NCBI GenBank assembly: GCA_951406725.2
Contig: OX597837.1
Coordinates: forward strand, 34,534,001-34,598,000
Reading direction: 5' to 3'
Length of the DNA stretch: 64,000 bases
Source: Octopus vulgaris
Taxonomy: Eukaryota
Part shown: in pieces, positions 1 through 13,559 of the stretch
Numbering within the stretch: the stretch's first letter is position 1
How the letters are laid out: each line of letters begins with the position of its first letter
Program-made: the position numbers and the translations under genes
The notes under the pieces: generated by a model
The model's database searches: none
What the model saw: only the letters and a program-made list of their open reading frames with translations
What the model was told of the DNA's origin: nothing

Positions 1-248
1 AACCCAATATATCTTCGTCTAATGAAGGACGGCTGTGGATGAAGAAGTGCTCAGAGATATACATGGAAAAAGTGAGCGGAAGAGGAAAACTAAGGAAGCG
101 GTAAGAAGGTTTGATATCAAAATGATGCGTGCCATGGAGGAGATGTTGAGGAGACATAAGAAATGTGTTAGAACAAATCTATCCAATATATAATAAGCAA
201 TATGGGAGAAGGGATGTAACAGGAAATTATGAAGATCATCATAATTGA

Positions 249-470
249 TGCCAGACCCCTCTGGCACCTGTGCAGGTGGCACGTAAAAAGCACCCACTAC
301 ACTCGCGGAGTGGTTGGCGTTAGGAAGGGCATCCAGCTGTAGAAACACTGCCAGATCAGACTGGAGCCTGGAGCAGCCCCTGGCTCCCCAGAACCCGGTC
401 GAACCGTCCAACCTGTGCTAGCGCGGAAAACGGACATTAAACGATGATGATGATGATGATCATCATCATC
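249..470 (+). mobile_element. Short retroposon family C with (GAT)n tail
   Basis: Body ggcacgtaaaaagcacccactac...ggttggcgttaggaagggcatccagctgtag...cggacattaaacgatgatgat. Reverse copies lie at about 23326-23570, 46163-46374 and 56113-56430; a split copy lies at about 8110-8560. Confidence 0.8.
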
Positions 471-1074
471 ATCATAATCATCTGGTGACCCAGAGGACTG
501 CAATGAACTCAATGGCTTCTACAGCTGGATGCCCTTCCTAACATGAACTACTTGACAGAGTGTGGTTAGTCGAGATTACTCTGTAAGGAGCATAGGGCTG
601 GTTTCCTAGTTTCCATGGTGTATATATTCCTCTGTGGATGGGATTACGCAGTTTTGTCTGCTGAATGGACCGGAGCAATGTGAAATGAAGAGTCTTGCTC
701 AAGGACACAGCGCATTGCCTAGTCCAGGAATTGAAACCACAATCTTACGCTCATAAGTTCAACAACCTAACCACTAAGCCATGCACCTCTACTATTTTAC
801 AGCATGTAATGGGTGCTTTTTCTTGTGGCACCAGCCCTAGTGAGGTACCTTGCAAGACAAGCTGGAAAAGAAAAATGGTGTTGATGAGGGGTCAAGAAGT
901 ATCCTTAAAGTACAAAAAGGGGTGGGGTCATGTAGGTAAGTTTGCAAGGGCATCAAAGGAGATTGACAGATGATTAGAGATAGGGCTGGAGGTGAATGGG
1001 GAACAAAGGTAGAGGCATGATCTATATATGTAAGTATGTATATATATGTGTGTGTGTGTGTGTGTATATATATG

Positions 1075-1126
<52 letters not shown>

Positions 1127-1554
1127 TAGATAGATAGATAGATAAATGCACAGATATACAGATACTCAAGGAAATATGAACATTAATAATGGTTTCTAAT
1201 TTTGGCACAAGGTTTGTAATTTCAGGGGTGCGGGCTAGTCAATGTCATCAACCCCAGTATTCAACTGGTACTTATTTTATTGGCCCCCAAAAGAGGCAAA
1301 GTCAACCTCAGTGGAATCTGAACTCAGATCACAAAGGCAGGTGAATTACCACTAAGCATTTTGGCAAGCATGCTAAATATTTTGTCTTAGTATGAATACG
1401 AACTGTAAAACAAAAATGAATTTACTTTAATATTTAAATCACACTTCCTCGTCTCTATGTTCCACCATTATATTATTTTAACTCTAAATTTCAGAGAGAA
1501 CACTCTAATCTATATTACATAAAGATATTTTGAAAGATGTATTAAGAAATATGT

Positions 1555-1610
<56 letters not shown>

Positions 1611-1619
<9 letters not shown>

Positions 1620-1850
1620 TAAATTAGAGATAAAACCACTATTAGGCAAATCAAACAATGAAAAACATAAGCCAATACATAAAATTAATTTAATTTATAT
1701 TATTTTAAATATATATCAAAAGTATTAAACTTTTAATACTTTTGATATATATTTAAAATAATATAAATTAAATTAATTTTATGTATTGGCTTAAGTTTTT
1801 CATTGTATGACTTGCCTAATAGTGGTTTTATCTCTAATTTAATATAATAT
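1611..1850. repeat. AT-rich foldback palindrome, about 119-bp arms
   Basis: Arms meet at agtattaaa-ct-tttaatact with 3 mismatches. (TA)n lies directly to the left and again at about 1940. Confidence 0.92.
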
Positions 1851-2569
1851 AATATATTTATACTATAAAATTGGATTTAATCCTAAATCTGATTTTTCCC
1901 TGTAAGTTTGGATTTATTCCCAAATATTTTATTATTAATTATATATATATATATATATCATCATCATCATCATTTAGCGTCCGTTTTCCATGCTAGCATG
2001 GGTTGAATGATATACATATATATATATATATACACACATATATATTTAGACACACATATATACATGCATATATATTTACAGACACACATACACACACAAT
2101 GGTCTTTAGTTTCCATGTATCAAATTCGCTCATGAAGCTTTATTTCTCTCTCCCTCTCCGTCACTTTCTCTCTAAAGGCTTAAAACCCACCAGAAAACAC
2201 ACGCTGTCTCTGTTTTAATCAGTGCTGACCAAGAGCTAAATTACCCACACTGAGTTACAACCCTGGGAAGCATAGAGAATGGGGTGGGTCCAGTGTACAG
2301 AGTCCCATGTTCAGTGTGACAGTTTTAGCACAGGTCACCCCCTCTTTTAGATGCCAGTCTCCCCTCCCTCCCCACTTTACACTTTGCACTTATGAGGAAT
2401 GCCAACGTTTTCCAAAATTATAAAGGTATCCTGCTATTTATATCTCTGATGGTCAGTCTTCCAGTCTCTCTCTCTCTCTCTCTCTCTCCTGACCTTCACT
2501 GCAACTGCTCCCTTCTGAACTGCCCTCTTCAACTTGCACACTCTCTCTCTCTCTCTCTCTCATTCATTC

Positions 2570-2633
<64 letters not shown>

Positions 2634-2729
2634 TGCTTTCATTACCCAACAGCTCACAAAATGTCATTGCTCTATTTTCAGTCTCAATTACCTATCACTA
2701 AAAATATACTCTAATGGAATAACCAAAAA

Positions 2730-2761
<32 letters not shown>

Positions 2762-4020
2762 ACAACCTTGCATCAAAGTGGTTTAGTCTGTTTTTGGTAC
2801 GTACACAGAAAACAGAGGCAAATGGAATACAAATAAAAAAAAAAAACAGTGCACAAATAACAAAAGTAAATATAAGAAGAATATATATATATAAAAAAAA
2901 TGCTATCTGACAATTAAAAAAAAATACCAAATAGCTGAAGAGAAAAAAATTCCTCTTTGGTTTAAAGTTGGACTTATTTGGAAGAAAATCTCATAAAAAA
3001 AAAAAGAAAACCTACCAATCATTTTGCAAGAGAGTTTTTATGACCAAAATTATATAAGGATTGTGTGGGTGATCCTTCAATAAAGCAACTCTCTCTCTCT
3101 CTCTCTCTCTTTTATTCACACTGGTCACCAACTCTCTCTCTCTCTCTCTCTCACTCATAAACAGGTGCACAAACCTTCTCTCTCACCAACACACACACAT
3201 GCACACACACTGGTGTATAAACTCTTTGTCTTATAAACATACAAATCTACACAAATTCTCATGCACGCATACATAATGTCTCTCATTCACATTGGGGCAC
3301 AAACCCTCACACACACACACGCTCTCTCTCTCTCACTGACATTGGTGCACAAATTCTTTCCGTTTCATTCACGCAGGTGCAGGCATACACACCTACGCAG
3401 CTTTCCATTAAAACCTCACTGTCGGTTTCCCAAACGCTTCCCCTACTTTTAACTTGGTGACCTCTTGCACTGTCCGCCACCACCACCGACCGACCAACTC
3501 CACACATACATTCTTCGACATAACATCAAACCATTAATAACAATAACATGGTACACTTAACAAATCTTCATTTATTAATGTTATTTATAAGCTGGATAGC
3601 TGCAATGGCAGATAGAGAAGTGGAGCAGGGTATGTGTGTGTGCGTGTGTGTTTGCGTACCCCCTTGACACTATTAAAAGAGCTAGTTTTAAAACACTTGC
3701 AAAGTCATAAAACCTTTTCACACCATCTTAATTCTTTAGTATTTAACACTTAGCTTTATATTACTCACAACATATGAAAGAAAGACTAATTAAAAGTCTG
3801 AAAACATGAGTGGGTGTTTCGGACAAACTTCTGAAGATACTTTAGACAGGCAAAGTGTTAATGTCGCAGACAGCCTCATTATAAAGACATATTTTGTGTA
3901 ACATAATTCACCAATGTCGCACTAAAACTGTCTCTAACAGAACTGCTTAGCACCTTTGACTGTTTCGTGTATCACATGGGATACACAGGACCTGCTTCCC
4001 TAATGTCCACACATGCTTAA

Positions 4021-4241
4021 CCCTTTAGTGTTCACATTATTCTGCCCAAATTAATCTTTTTTTATCCACATTGCCATGAACTAATCAGGCATTATCTTGG
4101 TGCTATGAGATTTTGATGGGGTAGCTGTTAATTTTTAAAACGATATTGTAGGGCTGGTATGAGAGACCAGATCTGGCCAGTTTGAGCATAAAATAGGCAG
4201 AATACTTTTGGCCGGATATGGCCGGTCTAATTGCTAAAGGG
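4021..4241. mobile_element. piggyBac-like MITE
   Basis: Structure is ttaa|ccctttag ... ctaaaggg|ttaa, i.e. short TIRs and a TTAA target duplication. Related pieces occur at about 5240-5475, 10750-10971 and 13370-13558. Confidence 0.7.
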
Positions 4242-4752
4242 TTAATTTCAGAACTGGTACAAATGCATATTTGGTCGATTTCACGATAACCATTAAACAC
4301 AATCTACAAACTGCTAGCTTCACGCATGTGAAACTTTTTTTCCAGTCAAACTGGGAGAGATGCCATATAGACAGGAGGTGACTCTTAGTCTTCCAATCAA
4401 AATCAGATTTATTCAAGATGTTGTTTTAAACAATTACTCCAAAAGTCATTCCGATGCATAGATCTGGTTTTTGAAAGTAAGCTCTTCATATATGATACAC
4501 AATCACAATTTTCTTTTAACCACCACAGTAATTTGGGACTTAAGAAAGGAGAGCTTTATATTACTCAGAACACATGTAACAAGGGTTGACTAAAAGTCTG
4601 GAAACAGTGTAGATGTTTAGTACAAGCATTAAAATGCTTTGGACAGATAAAGGGTTAATGTCACAGATAGCCTCATTATAAGGACACATAATGTGTAACA
4701 TAATTCACCAATGTTACACTAAAAATCTCTCTAACAGAACTGTTTAATACCT

Positions 4753-4984
4753 ATTTCTTTACTACCCACAAGGGGCTAAACACAGAGAGGACAAACAAGG
4801 ACAGACAAACGGATTAAGTTGATTATATCGATCCCAGTGCCTAACTGGTACTTTATTTTATCGACCCCGAAAGGATGAAAGGCAAAGTCGACCTCGGCGG
4901 AATTTGAACTCAGAACGTAACGGCAGACGAAATACCGTGAAGCATTTCGCCCGACGTGCTAACGTTTCTGCCAGCTTACCGCCT
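4753..4984 (-). mobile_element. SINE family B (Meta-domain-like core gcctttcatcctttcggggtcgataaa-taagtaccag)
   Basis: About 230 bp with a pol III-like head (ggcgagctggcagaa...gagttcaaattcc) and TSD acagaactgtttaatacc. Other copies are at about 6988-7222, 8181-8410, 9612-9835, 18693-18928, 25422-25652, 26380-26610, 39984-40205, 42556-42786 and 62388-62619. Confidence 0.88.
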
Positions 4985-6834
4985 ATACAGAACTGTTTAA
5001 TACCTTTGACTGTCTGGTGTATCACATGGGATTCACAGGACATATTTCCCTTATGTCTACACATCATATAAGGTACACTTTCACCAATTTTTGTCAGCCA
5101 CCAGAGTAATTTGGGACTTGGGAAAAGAAAGCTTCATGTAATTCAGAATGTATGAAACAAGGGCTAAGTAAATCTCTGAAAACAAGAAGCATAGCCATTC
5201 AGGACAAACTTATGGAAACGCTTTGGATAGGCAAAGGGTTAAACTGGCCCTATCAGGCCCAGATGTCCTACCTGTTTTATGGCCAAACTTGTCAGATCCA
5301 GCCTCTCACACCTACCCTAGACAATGTCATTCTAAAAATAAACAATCTCGACATTGAAATCTCAAACCTATGAGATTTCAAACCGATGATGATGAGATAA
5401 TGCATGATTAATTCAAAATAATGGAATAAATAAGCATTAAAATTTGACAGAGTAATCTGAATGCCAACAGGTTTAAGGGAGATTAACAAAGTTGGATTTC
5501 TTAAGAGTGGTATCTATACAGCTAAAGGGAGGAAATAAAAGCTTCTTCTGACCAAAACATTGGTCGATTGGAGAGATAATCATATAATCTCTAACGAACA
5601 AGACTTCATTCACCAATGAATGAGTTTTTTTTTTATTTTTGTTTTCTACATGGTTGCTCAGTTTTATAGACATAGCAGCCAACCACCCAGAAATTGTAGT
5701 CTATCATCTTAAAAAGAGGAAGAACACATGGGTAAACACAGTCTTAGATATACTATGTCTGTAAAAAAATATGCATACTGATTGGTCACAGATGGAATGT
5801 CTTTGATCATAGGTCTACCAGATCAGGGCTGACCTAGTGGTAAAAAACATACTGTTGTTGCTGCAGCTACTACTACTACTACTACTACTACTACTGTTGC
5901 TGCCGTTCATCTACTTTCAAGCTGTGACCTCTTAATGCCTCTTCTACATTTGCTGGGGTCCCTTATATGGTGCTTAAGGAGAACTGTTCCATTCCTGATG
6001 CTCCTGACCTTTAGGCAACTCAAATCCCAACATGAGCCCCCACCCGCACCCCACTCCACATCAGGATAAATCAATAAAAACAAACATACAAACAAACATA
6101 ACAGATTAAAATTAATCATTTCACTTAACTGCAGGTGTTATTGATGTTGGTGTTTAGGGTTTCTACAGAGTTGAGGAGATGCGAGATAAATCTCTCCTGG
6201 CTAGAATTCCAGTCACTCATAGGTATCTCTCCTCTATACTCTGATAGATACGACTATTCCCCAACATGCTCCTTTGCTGTGATCCCTCTCTGGGTCTTTG
6301 GGAAACACTTTCATTAACAGGGGTTAATCTCTTAACTACTCTCCATCCACAAAAAAAGGATTAAAAAATTTAACCCTTTTTAGCCCGTAGAAATTTGCCC
6401 AGTTCTCTTAAAATTTTTAGTAGAAGATTCACTTTTATTATTAGTTTCTGCTATTATTTTTGTTTTGTCTTGCGACCCCAGGTCATAACTGACCTAGCAG
6501 AGATATGATCAAAGACATGCCTTTTGTGATCATTCCATCTTATTTTGTAGCCAAGACTACTTGGCTAATTCTCAGGTACCACTCACTCACTCACGTACTC
6601 TCTCGGTTGCCACATGTTGTCACAATTGCTCCAAGAACTTAACAAAGGTCATGCATTATCAGGGAAATAAGTACAGTTGATTAAAACAACACTAATAGGA
6701 CTCCTACTGGGATGTATGTTAACAATTCCACAGCTGTTGAAAGATCAAGTCAACCCCTCATAGGATGGTGGGGTGCAGATCACTGGCAAAGACATTATAG
6801 ATATACAAAACGAAATCCCATAGGACATTGAATA

Positions 6835-7673
6835 ATAATAACAGTAATGGTTTCAAATTTTGCCACATGGGCAGCCATTTTGAGGGGGGGGATGTATTGA
6901 TTACATTGGCCCCAGTGTTCAAATGGTACTTAAGTTACCGACCTTGAAAGGATAAAAGCAAAGTAAACCTAGCGGCAGATGAAATACCTATTTCTTTACT
7001 ACCCACAAGGGGCTAAACACAGAGAGGACAAACAAGGACAGACAAACGGATTAAGTCGATTATATATCGACCCCAGTGCGTAACTGGTACTTATTTAATC
7101 GACCCTGAAAGGATGAAAGGCAAAGTCGACCTTGGCGAAATTTGAACTCAGAACGTAACGACAGACGAAATACCGCAAAGCATTTCGCCCGGCGTGCTAA
7201 CGTTTCTGCCAGCTTGCCACCTTAATAATAATAGTTTCTACTAAAGGCACAAAGCCTGAAATTTGTGGGGAGGGGACTGGTCCATTTACATTGACCCCAG
7301 TGTTTTACTGGTACTTAATTTATCAACCCTAAAAGGATGAAAGGCAAAGTTGACCTTGGTCGAATGTGAATTCAGAGCATAAAGACAAACCAAATGTTGC
7401 AAAGCATTTTACCTGGCGTGCAAACAATTCTGCCAGCTCGCTGCCCAAGTAATAATAATAATGATAATAATAATTTTAGCACAAGGGCAGCAATTTTGAG
7501 AGGTGTGGGCTGGTCGATTCCGGTGCTCAACTGGTGTTTATTTTGTCAACACTGAAAGGATGAAAAGCCAAGTCAATCTTGGCAGGGTTTGAATTCAGAA
7601 TTTAAAGAACCAGAACAAATGTCACAAAGCATTTTTTTCCCACGTGCTAATTATTGTACCAATAATAATAATA

Positions 7674-7704
<31 letters not shown>

Positions 7705-7960
7705 GATGATGATGATGATGATGATCTCAAATTTTGGCACAAGGGCAGCAATTTTGGGGGAGGATTAAATTGATTACATCGACTCCAGTACTCAACTGGT
7801 AATTAATTTATCGACCCCAAAAGGATGAAAAGTAAAGTCAACTTTGATGGGATTTGAACTCAAAACATAAAGATGGATCAACTGCCACTAAGCTTTTTGT
7901 CTGGCATGGTAATGATTCTGCCAGCTCACCACCTTAGTAATAATTAAAATACTTTCTACT
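6835..7960 (-). mobile_element. Cluster of nested/tandem family-B SINEs and older derivatives separated by (TAA)n/(GAT)n
   Basis: Repeated aaaggatgaaaggcaaagtcgacct...tttgaactcaga units with triplet tails. Confidence 0.75.
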
Positions 7961-9577
7961 ATAAAGATGTTGAGCTAAGTAAAATAGTGACCATCCATAC
8001 ATATAGGCATGTCCTCTATGACCATATTGCTGCTACTCCCTCTCTCAGCTGAGAAGTCTTTGATTTGTAGGTACCAGTGCCTCATAAAATGCATTCATGC
8101 TGCTGTCAAGTTCTTTTGCGGGTGCCATGTAAATGCACCCACGCTGGAGGCACGTAAAAAGCACCCAGCACCTTCTGTAAAGGCGGCGAGCTGGTAGAAA
8201 TGTTAGCACGCTGGGCAAAATGCTTAACGGTATTTCGTCTACCATTACGTTCTGAGTTCAAATTCCGCCAAGGTCGACTTTGCCTTTCATCCTCTCAGGG
8301 TCGATTAAATAAGTACCAGTTACGCACTGGGGTCGATATAATCGACTTAATCCGTTTGTCTGTCCTTGTTTGTCCTCTCTGTGTTTAGCCCCTTGTGGGT
8401 TGTAAAAAAATAAGTTGGTGTTAGGAAGGGCATCCCACTGTAGAAACAATGCCACAACAGACAACTGGAGCCTGGCCTCTCCCCAGCTAGCTAGCTCCAG
8501 TCAAACTGTCCAACCCATGCTAGCATGGAAAATGGTCATTAAGCGACGACGACAATGATGACTATAGGTACAAGGCCTGAAATTTTGGGGGAGGGGGGAT
8601 AATCGATTAAGTTGACCTTACTGCTCAAGCAGGACTTATTTTATTGACCCCCAAAAAGATGAAAGGTAAAGTCAACTTCAGCGGAACTTGAATTCAGAAT
8701 GTAGAGCTGGAAGAATGCCATGAAGCATTTTGTCTGGCATGGTAAAGATTCTGCCAGCTCTCTGTTTTCAAAGAATAGTAACAACAATAATAATTATAAT
8801 ATAATGATAATCCTTTCTATTTTAAGGGCACAAGGCCTGAAATTTTGGAGGAGGGGGGCTAGTTGATTACATCGACATTTTGGGGCAGGAGGAAAACAGA
8901 TAATTAAATCTACCCCAGTATCTGACTGGTACGTATTTTACTACCAACTCTCCAGACTGACCCTGGAACAATAACATTTCATATCCATGTACAAATATGT
9001 ATATATATATATATATACACATAGATATATATATACACATACATATATATATATACACATACACATATATATACACATATATATATATATATACATACAT
9101 ATACACACACATACATTCATAATACAAGTTTGTGTAGCATGTATGTATGTATGTATATATATATATACACATAAACACACACGCATATACATAAAAAAAT
9201 GTAGCACAAATAGTGTTAATGACTATCTAACGATATAAAAAGCTGTCCTACTGAAGCATTATGGGAAAATAACAAGTGTGTGTGTTTTGTGTGCATATGG
9301 GGATATATTTACGAATATAATTCACATTTACATTCAGAAACGAAGATGTACACATAATTATGCATATATCTATCTACTTACACACACAAACACATCCATA
9401 CGTACATACACATACACATACATATATATATATACATGAAGAGGTATACAACATGTTAATAGGGAAACAAGTTAGGGAACTACAACTAATCTAAGTAAAT
9501 TTAGGAGGGAGACTTGGGAGCTAAAATACATATACACACATGCATATACTAGTTTACTGTGTCTGTGTAGGTATGAA

Positions 9578-9608
<31 letters not shown>

Positions 9609-10106
9609 TTTTACTACCCACAAGGGGTTAAACACAGAGGAGACAAACAAGGACAGACAAACAGATTAAGTCGATTCCATCGACCCCAGTGCGTAACTGG
9701 TACTTAATTTATCGACCCCGGAAGGATGAAAGGCAAAGTCGACCTCGGCGGAATTTGAACTCGGAACGTAAGAGCAGACGAAATACGGCAACGCATTTCG
9801 CCCGGCGTGCTAACGTTTCTACCAGCTCGCCGCCTTATAATATATATATATATATACATACACACACACAGACAGAAATTTCCTGATAGAAATTTCCACA
9901 GACAAGCGTATACACACATAAGCTAATACACACACATAATTCATACAGGTGTATACACAGAGAAATTCCCATCACCATGACTGCAAGTAACTCAGATTAC
10001 ATATGTCCTCACCCGCCTAAACTTAAACACACATATTCAAGTGACTAACCCACTATATCTATATATACACACACCTACATACATGAATATGTGTGTTTGT
10101 GTATAT

Positions 10107-10147
<41 letters not shown>

Positions 10148-11278
10148 GAACTGAAGATGAACTGACATGTACACACGCACAAAGTTACATAGATAGATTA
10201 ATAAACGAGACACAAGCACCTATTTTTTAAAATAGGCAGAACTGAACCTGCTATCAAGGGATTTCCTTGAAGCGAAAGAATATAGTGGCCATAGTCATGT
10301 TCAGGAAGCAACATAAATGCCACAGGTATATACAGGAAGTATATAGAAGAAAAATTATATTAAGGAAGGTGCACTTGCCTTCACTGATATGCAAAAAATT
10401 AGAGGCATGAGAAGTTGCTGAATGGGGTGAATATGGGGGAGTGAGAGGGGACTACTTCAAGGAGACCCTATAAGAGGGACCTGCTTTTGGCTTGCCAGCT
10501 ATATTGTCAAAAGAACAACTAAAGATATGAAGGTACAGAATGCCGCTGGGCCTTCATGAGGAGTTACTAAGTACCGAAAGTAGCTGGCCATGTAGAAGTC
10601 GTACTAGTGACATAGTGACAGAAGTTCTTGGCTAAGGGCCAGCCACTATGTACAGAATCTGTTGACCTGGTACCATGGTCTCTAGTCATCTGAAGGCCGA
10701 GCAGACTACTTGACAGGGTACCTTGCTCTCTAGTCTTCTGTTGGTTTCACCCGTTAGCATTTAAACTGGCCATATCCAGCCAAAATAATCTACCTGTTTT
10801 ACCTTCAAACTGGCCAGATCTTGCCTCTCACACCTACCCTACAATGTCATTCTAAAAATAAACATTCACATCATTGAAATTATAAAGCTAGATTGAAATG
10901 CATGACTAATTCATATCAATGTGAATAAATGAGCATTACTTATAACTTAGAAATCTGAATGCCAAGGGTTAAAAGGCTGTTTGACAGGTACCATGCTCCC
11001 AAGTCTTCTGACTGAGAAACTGTTTTCAGAGGGGACAAGGGCTCTGGTTTTTTGGTTGCTAAAAAAATCCTTGGTGACGGTGACTGGTTTATGAGAACTG
11101 TGAAGTCCTGCACAGCAATGACGACAGCAATGAATTCAGTGAGGCATTTAGAATGCAAATCTTTGTTCACTGAGGGTCAGGTATTAGTCAGCTCCTGTTT
11201 ATTACAGCTGTCCAGGTAATAGCAGGTAAAACTATGGAACAGGACACATTAACAGTATAAATGTATAAGCAGCAATGT

Positions 11279-11661
11279 GGAGGCGCAATGGCCTAGTGGT
11301 TAGGGCAGCGGACTCGCGGTCGTAGGATCGCGGTTTCGATTCCCAGACCGGGCGTTGTGAGTGTTTATTGAGCGAAAACACCTAAAAGCTCCACGAGGCT
11401 CCGGCAGGGGATGGTGGTGATCCCTGCTGTACTCTTTCACCACAACTTTCTCTCACTCTTACTTCCTGTTTCTGCTGTACCTGTACTTCAAAGGGCTGGC
11501 CTTGTCACTCTCTGTGTCACGCTGAATATCCCCGAGAACTACGTTAAGGGTACACGTGTCTGTGGAGTGCTCAGCCACTTACATGTTAATTTCATGAGCA
11601 GGCTGTTCCGTTGATTCGGATCAACCAGAACCCTCGTCGTCATAACCGACGGAGTGCTTCC
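11279..11661 (+). mobile_element. tRNA-derived SINE family D, full length
   Basis: Box A tggcctagtgg, box B ggtttcgattccc, 3' end gacggagtgcttcc, and TSD ataa(g/a)cagcaatgt. Confidence 0.92.
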
Positions 11662-12028
11662 ATAAACAGCAATGTTCCACAAAGGTCACTGATGCATGAA
11701 ACTTGGTGGACAAGAGACGATGATTCTTCCTGTTCTTGAGAAATACCAGAATTTAAATTACAAACCAGAGACTTGTTAATTGCGATGATATCATTGTCCA
11801 CTGGTCTGCTCAATCAGGACTGAGCTGGAGATTGAAAAACAACAATAGCAACAACAACAACAAGCAATCAATCACTTCATGGAACTTATTACATTGCCAA
11901 AGCAGACTGGGACATGGGCAAAAAAAAACAAAAACACAGCACTGCTAACATTCTACAAAGTGTTGTCTGCTATTGTGTTAAAGTTTTGATGCTACACTCA
12001 TGCTAAACTGCTGTACCATCTCAGGGAT

Positions 12029-12413
12029 GGAAGCACTCCGTCGGTTCCGACGACGAGGGTTCCAGTTGATCCGAATCAACAGAACAGCCTGCTCGTGAAA
12101 TTAACGTGTAAGTGGCTGAGCACTCCACAGACACGCGTACCCTTAACGTAGTTCTCGGGGGATATTCAGCGTGACACAGAGAGTGACAAGGCCGGCCCTT
12201 TGAAATACAGGTACAACAGAAACAGGAAGTAAGAGTGAGAGAAAGTTGTGGTAAAAGAGTACAGCAGGGATCACCACCATCCCCTGCCGGAGCCTCGTGG
12301 AGCTTTTTAGGTGTTTTCGCTCAATAAACACTCAACGCCCGGTCTGGGAATCGAAACCGCGATCCTACGACCGCGAGTCCGCTGCCCTAACAACTGGGCC
12401 ATTGCGCCTCCAC
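12029..12413 (-). mobile_element. tRNA-derived SINE family D, full length
   Basis: Reverse complement of the 11279-11661 copy, with TSD accatctcag. Confidence 0.92.
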
Positions 12414-12929
12414 ACCATCTCAGACCCCCAACCCACACACACATATACATACATTCAAATATGTTCTAGGTTAGAGAATAATATTGTCTATTTATTTAGC
12501 CAAGCTGTATTGTGTGGACAAGATCAAGAAGAAGGAAGGCCAAAGCAACCTGCAGCGACAGTTCTATTGTTCGACAGAAACAGGAGAAATGCCAACAGTT
12601 ACGACAACAGCAACACACTCACATAACATCTAATAGCAAGGTTTCTAAAATACACACACACACATACACAATGGTTTCAGTTTAAAGAGATGCGTATACA
12701 GATAATTAAGGGTTAATTATTTCCTTTCATTTAATCAAGATTCAAACAATAGTTAAATAAAAAGAGAATTTTTTTCGATGGTTTTAAATTAAAGTAGACT
12801 ACGTTCCTCAAATGCTCTTACTTTAATTCTCTTAATACACTACATGGCTATATCTTGAAGGTGAATGCATCCTTTAAGTTGGCAAGATATTATAAAAATA
12901 CATTTTTTATATATATATATATATATATA

Positions 12930-13100
12930 GGGGCAGGAGTGGCTGTGTGGTAAGTAGCTTGCTAACCAACCACATGGTTCCGGGTTTAGTCCCACTGCGT
13001 GGAACCTTGGGCAAGTGTCTTCTACTATAGCCTCGGGCCAACCAAAGCCTTGTGAGTGGATTTAGTAGACGGAAACTGAAAGAAGCTTGTTGTATATATG

Positions 13101-13133
<33 letters not shown>

Positions 13134-13247
13134 TTGTGTGTCTGTGTTTGTCCCCCTAGCATTGCTTGACAACCGATGCTGGTGTGTTTACGCCCCCATC
13201 AATTAGCGGTTCGGCAAAAGAGACCGATAGAATAAGTACTGGGCTTA
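12930..13247 (+). mobile_element. tRNA-derived SINE family A (internal (TA)n(TG)n), 3'-truncated copy
   Basis: Head ggcaggagtggctgtgtggtaagtagcttgct...ccttgggcaagtgtc. Other copies are at about 17777-18180, 20560-20948, 24305-24715, 29988-30381, 35745-36142, 36689-37095, 37945-38347, 45442-45831, 54146-54562, 57948-58365 and 59170-59485. Confidence 0.88.
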
Positions 13248-13559
13248 GTATGATCTATACTAGTGACTTGTATGCCAGGAAATAGGCTATTTTGTCTAAT
13301 GCCACTGTCTAAGCTATATAGTCTAACATCCATTGTCTGAGCCATCTAGCTAGTTTCTCTCAGCTATTTTGTTACCATTCTAAAACTAAACAATCACATC
13401 ATTGAAATCTCAAAGCTACAAGATAACACAGGAGTAATTCCAAGCAATCATCATCATCATTAACGTCTGCTTTCCATGCTGGCATGGGTTGGACCTGTTG
13501 GTCAACGTAAAGAATAAGCATTACAGTTGACAGAATAATTTGAATGCTAAAGGGTTAAA

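Larger units (their letters stand above)
3751..5242. repeat. Old diverged local duplication/triplication
   Basis: 3751-4015 aligns with 4552-5064 once the SINE inserted in the latter is removed. A third partial unit lies at about 5098-5242. Confidence 0.75.

Noticed and set aside
1-170. Coding-like purine-rich start of the window
   Set aside because: It resembles a decayed RTE LINE C-terminus (WMKKC..GRGK.RK) with stops, too degraded to call a feature.
11279-11352. tRNA gene
   Set aside because: It has A/B boxes but no proper acceptor stem, and it continues into a multi-copy SINE body with TSDs.
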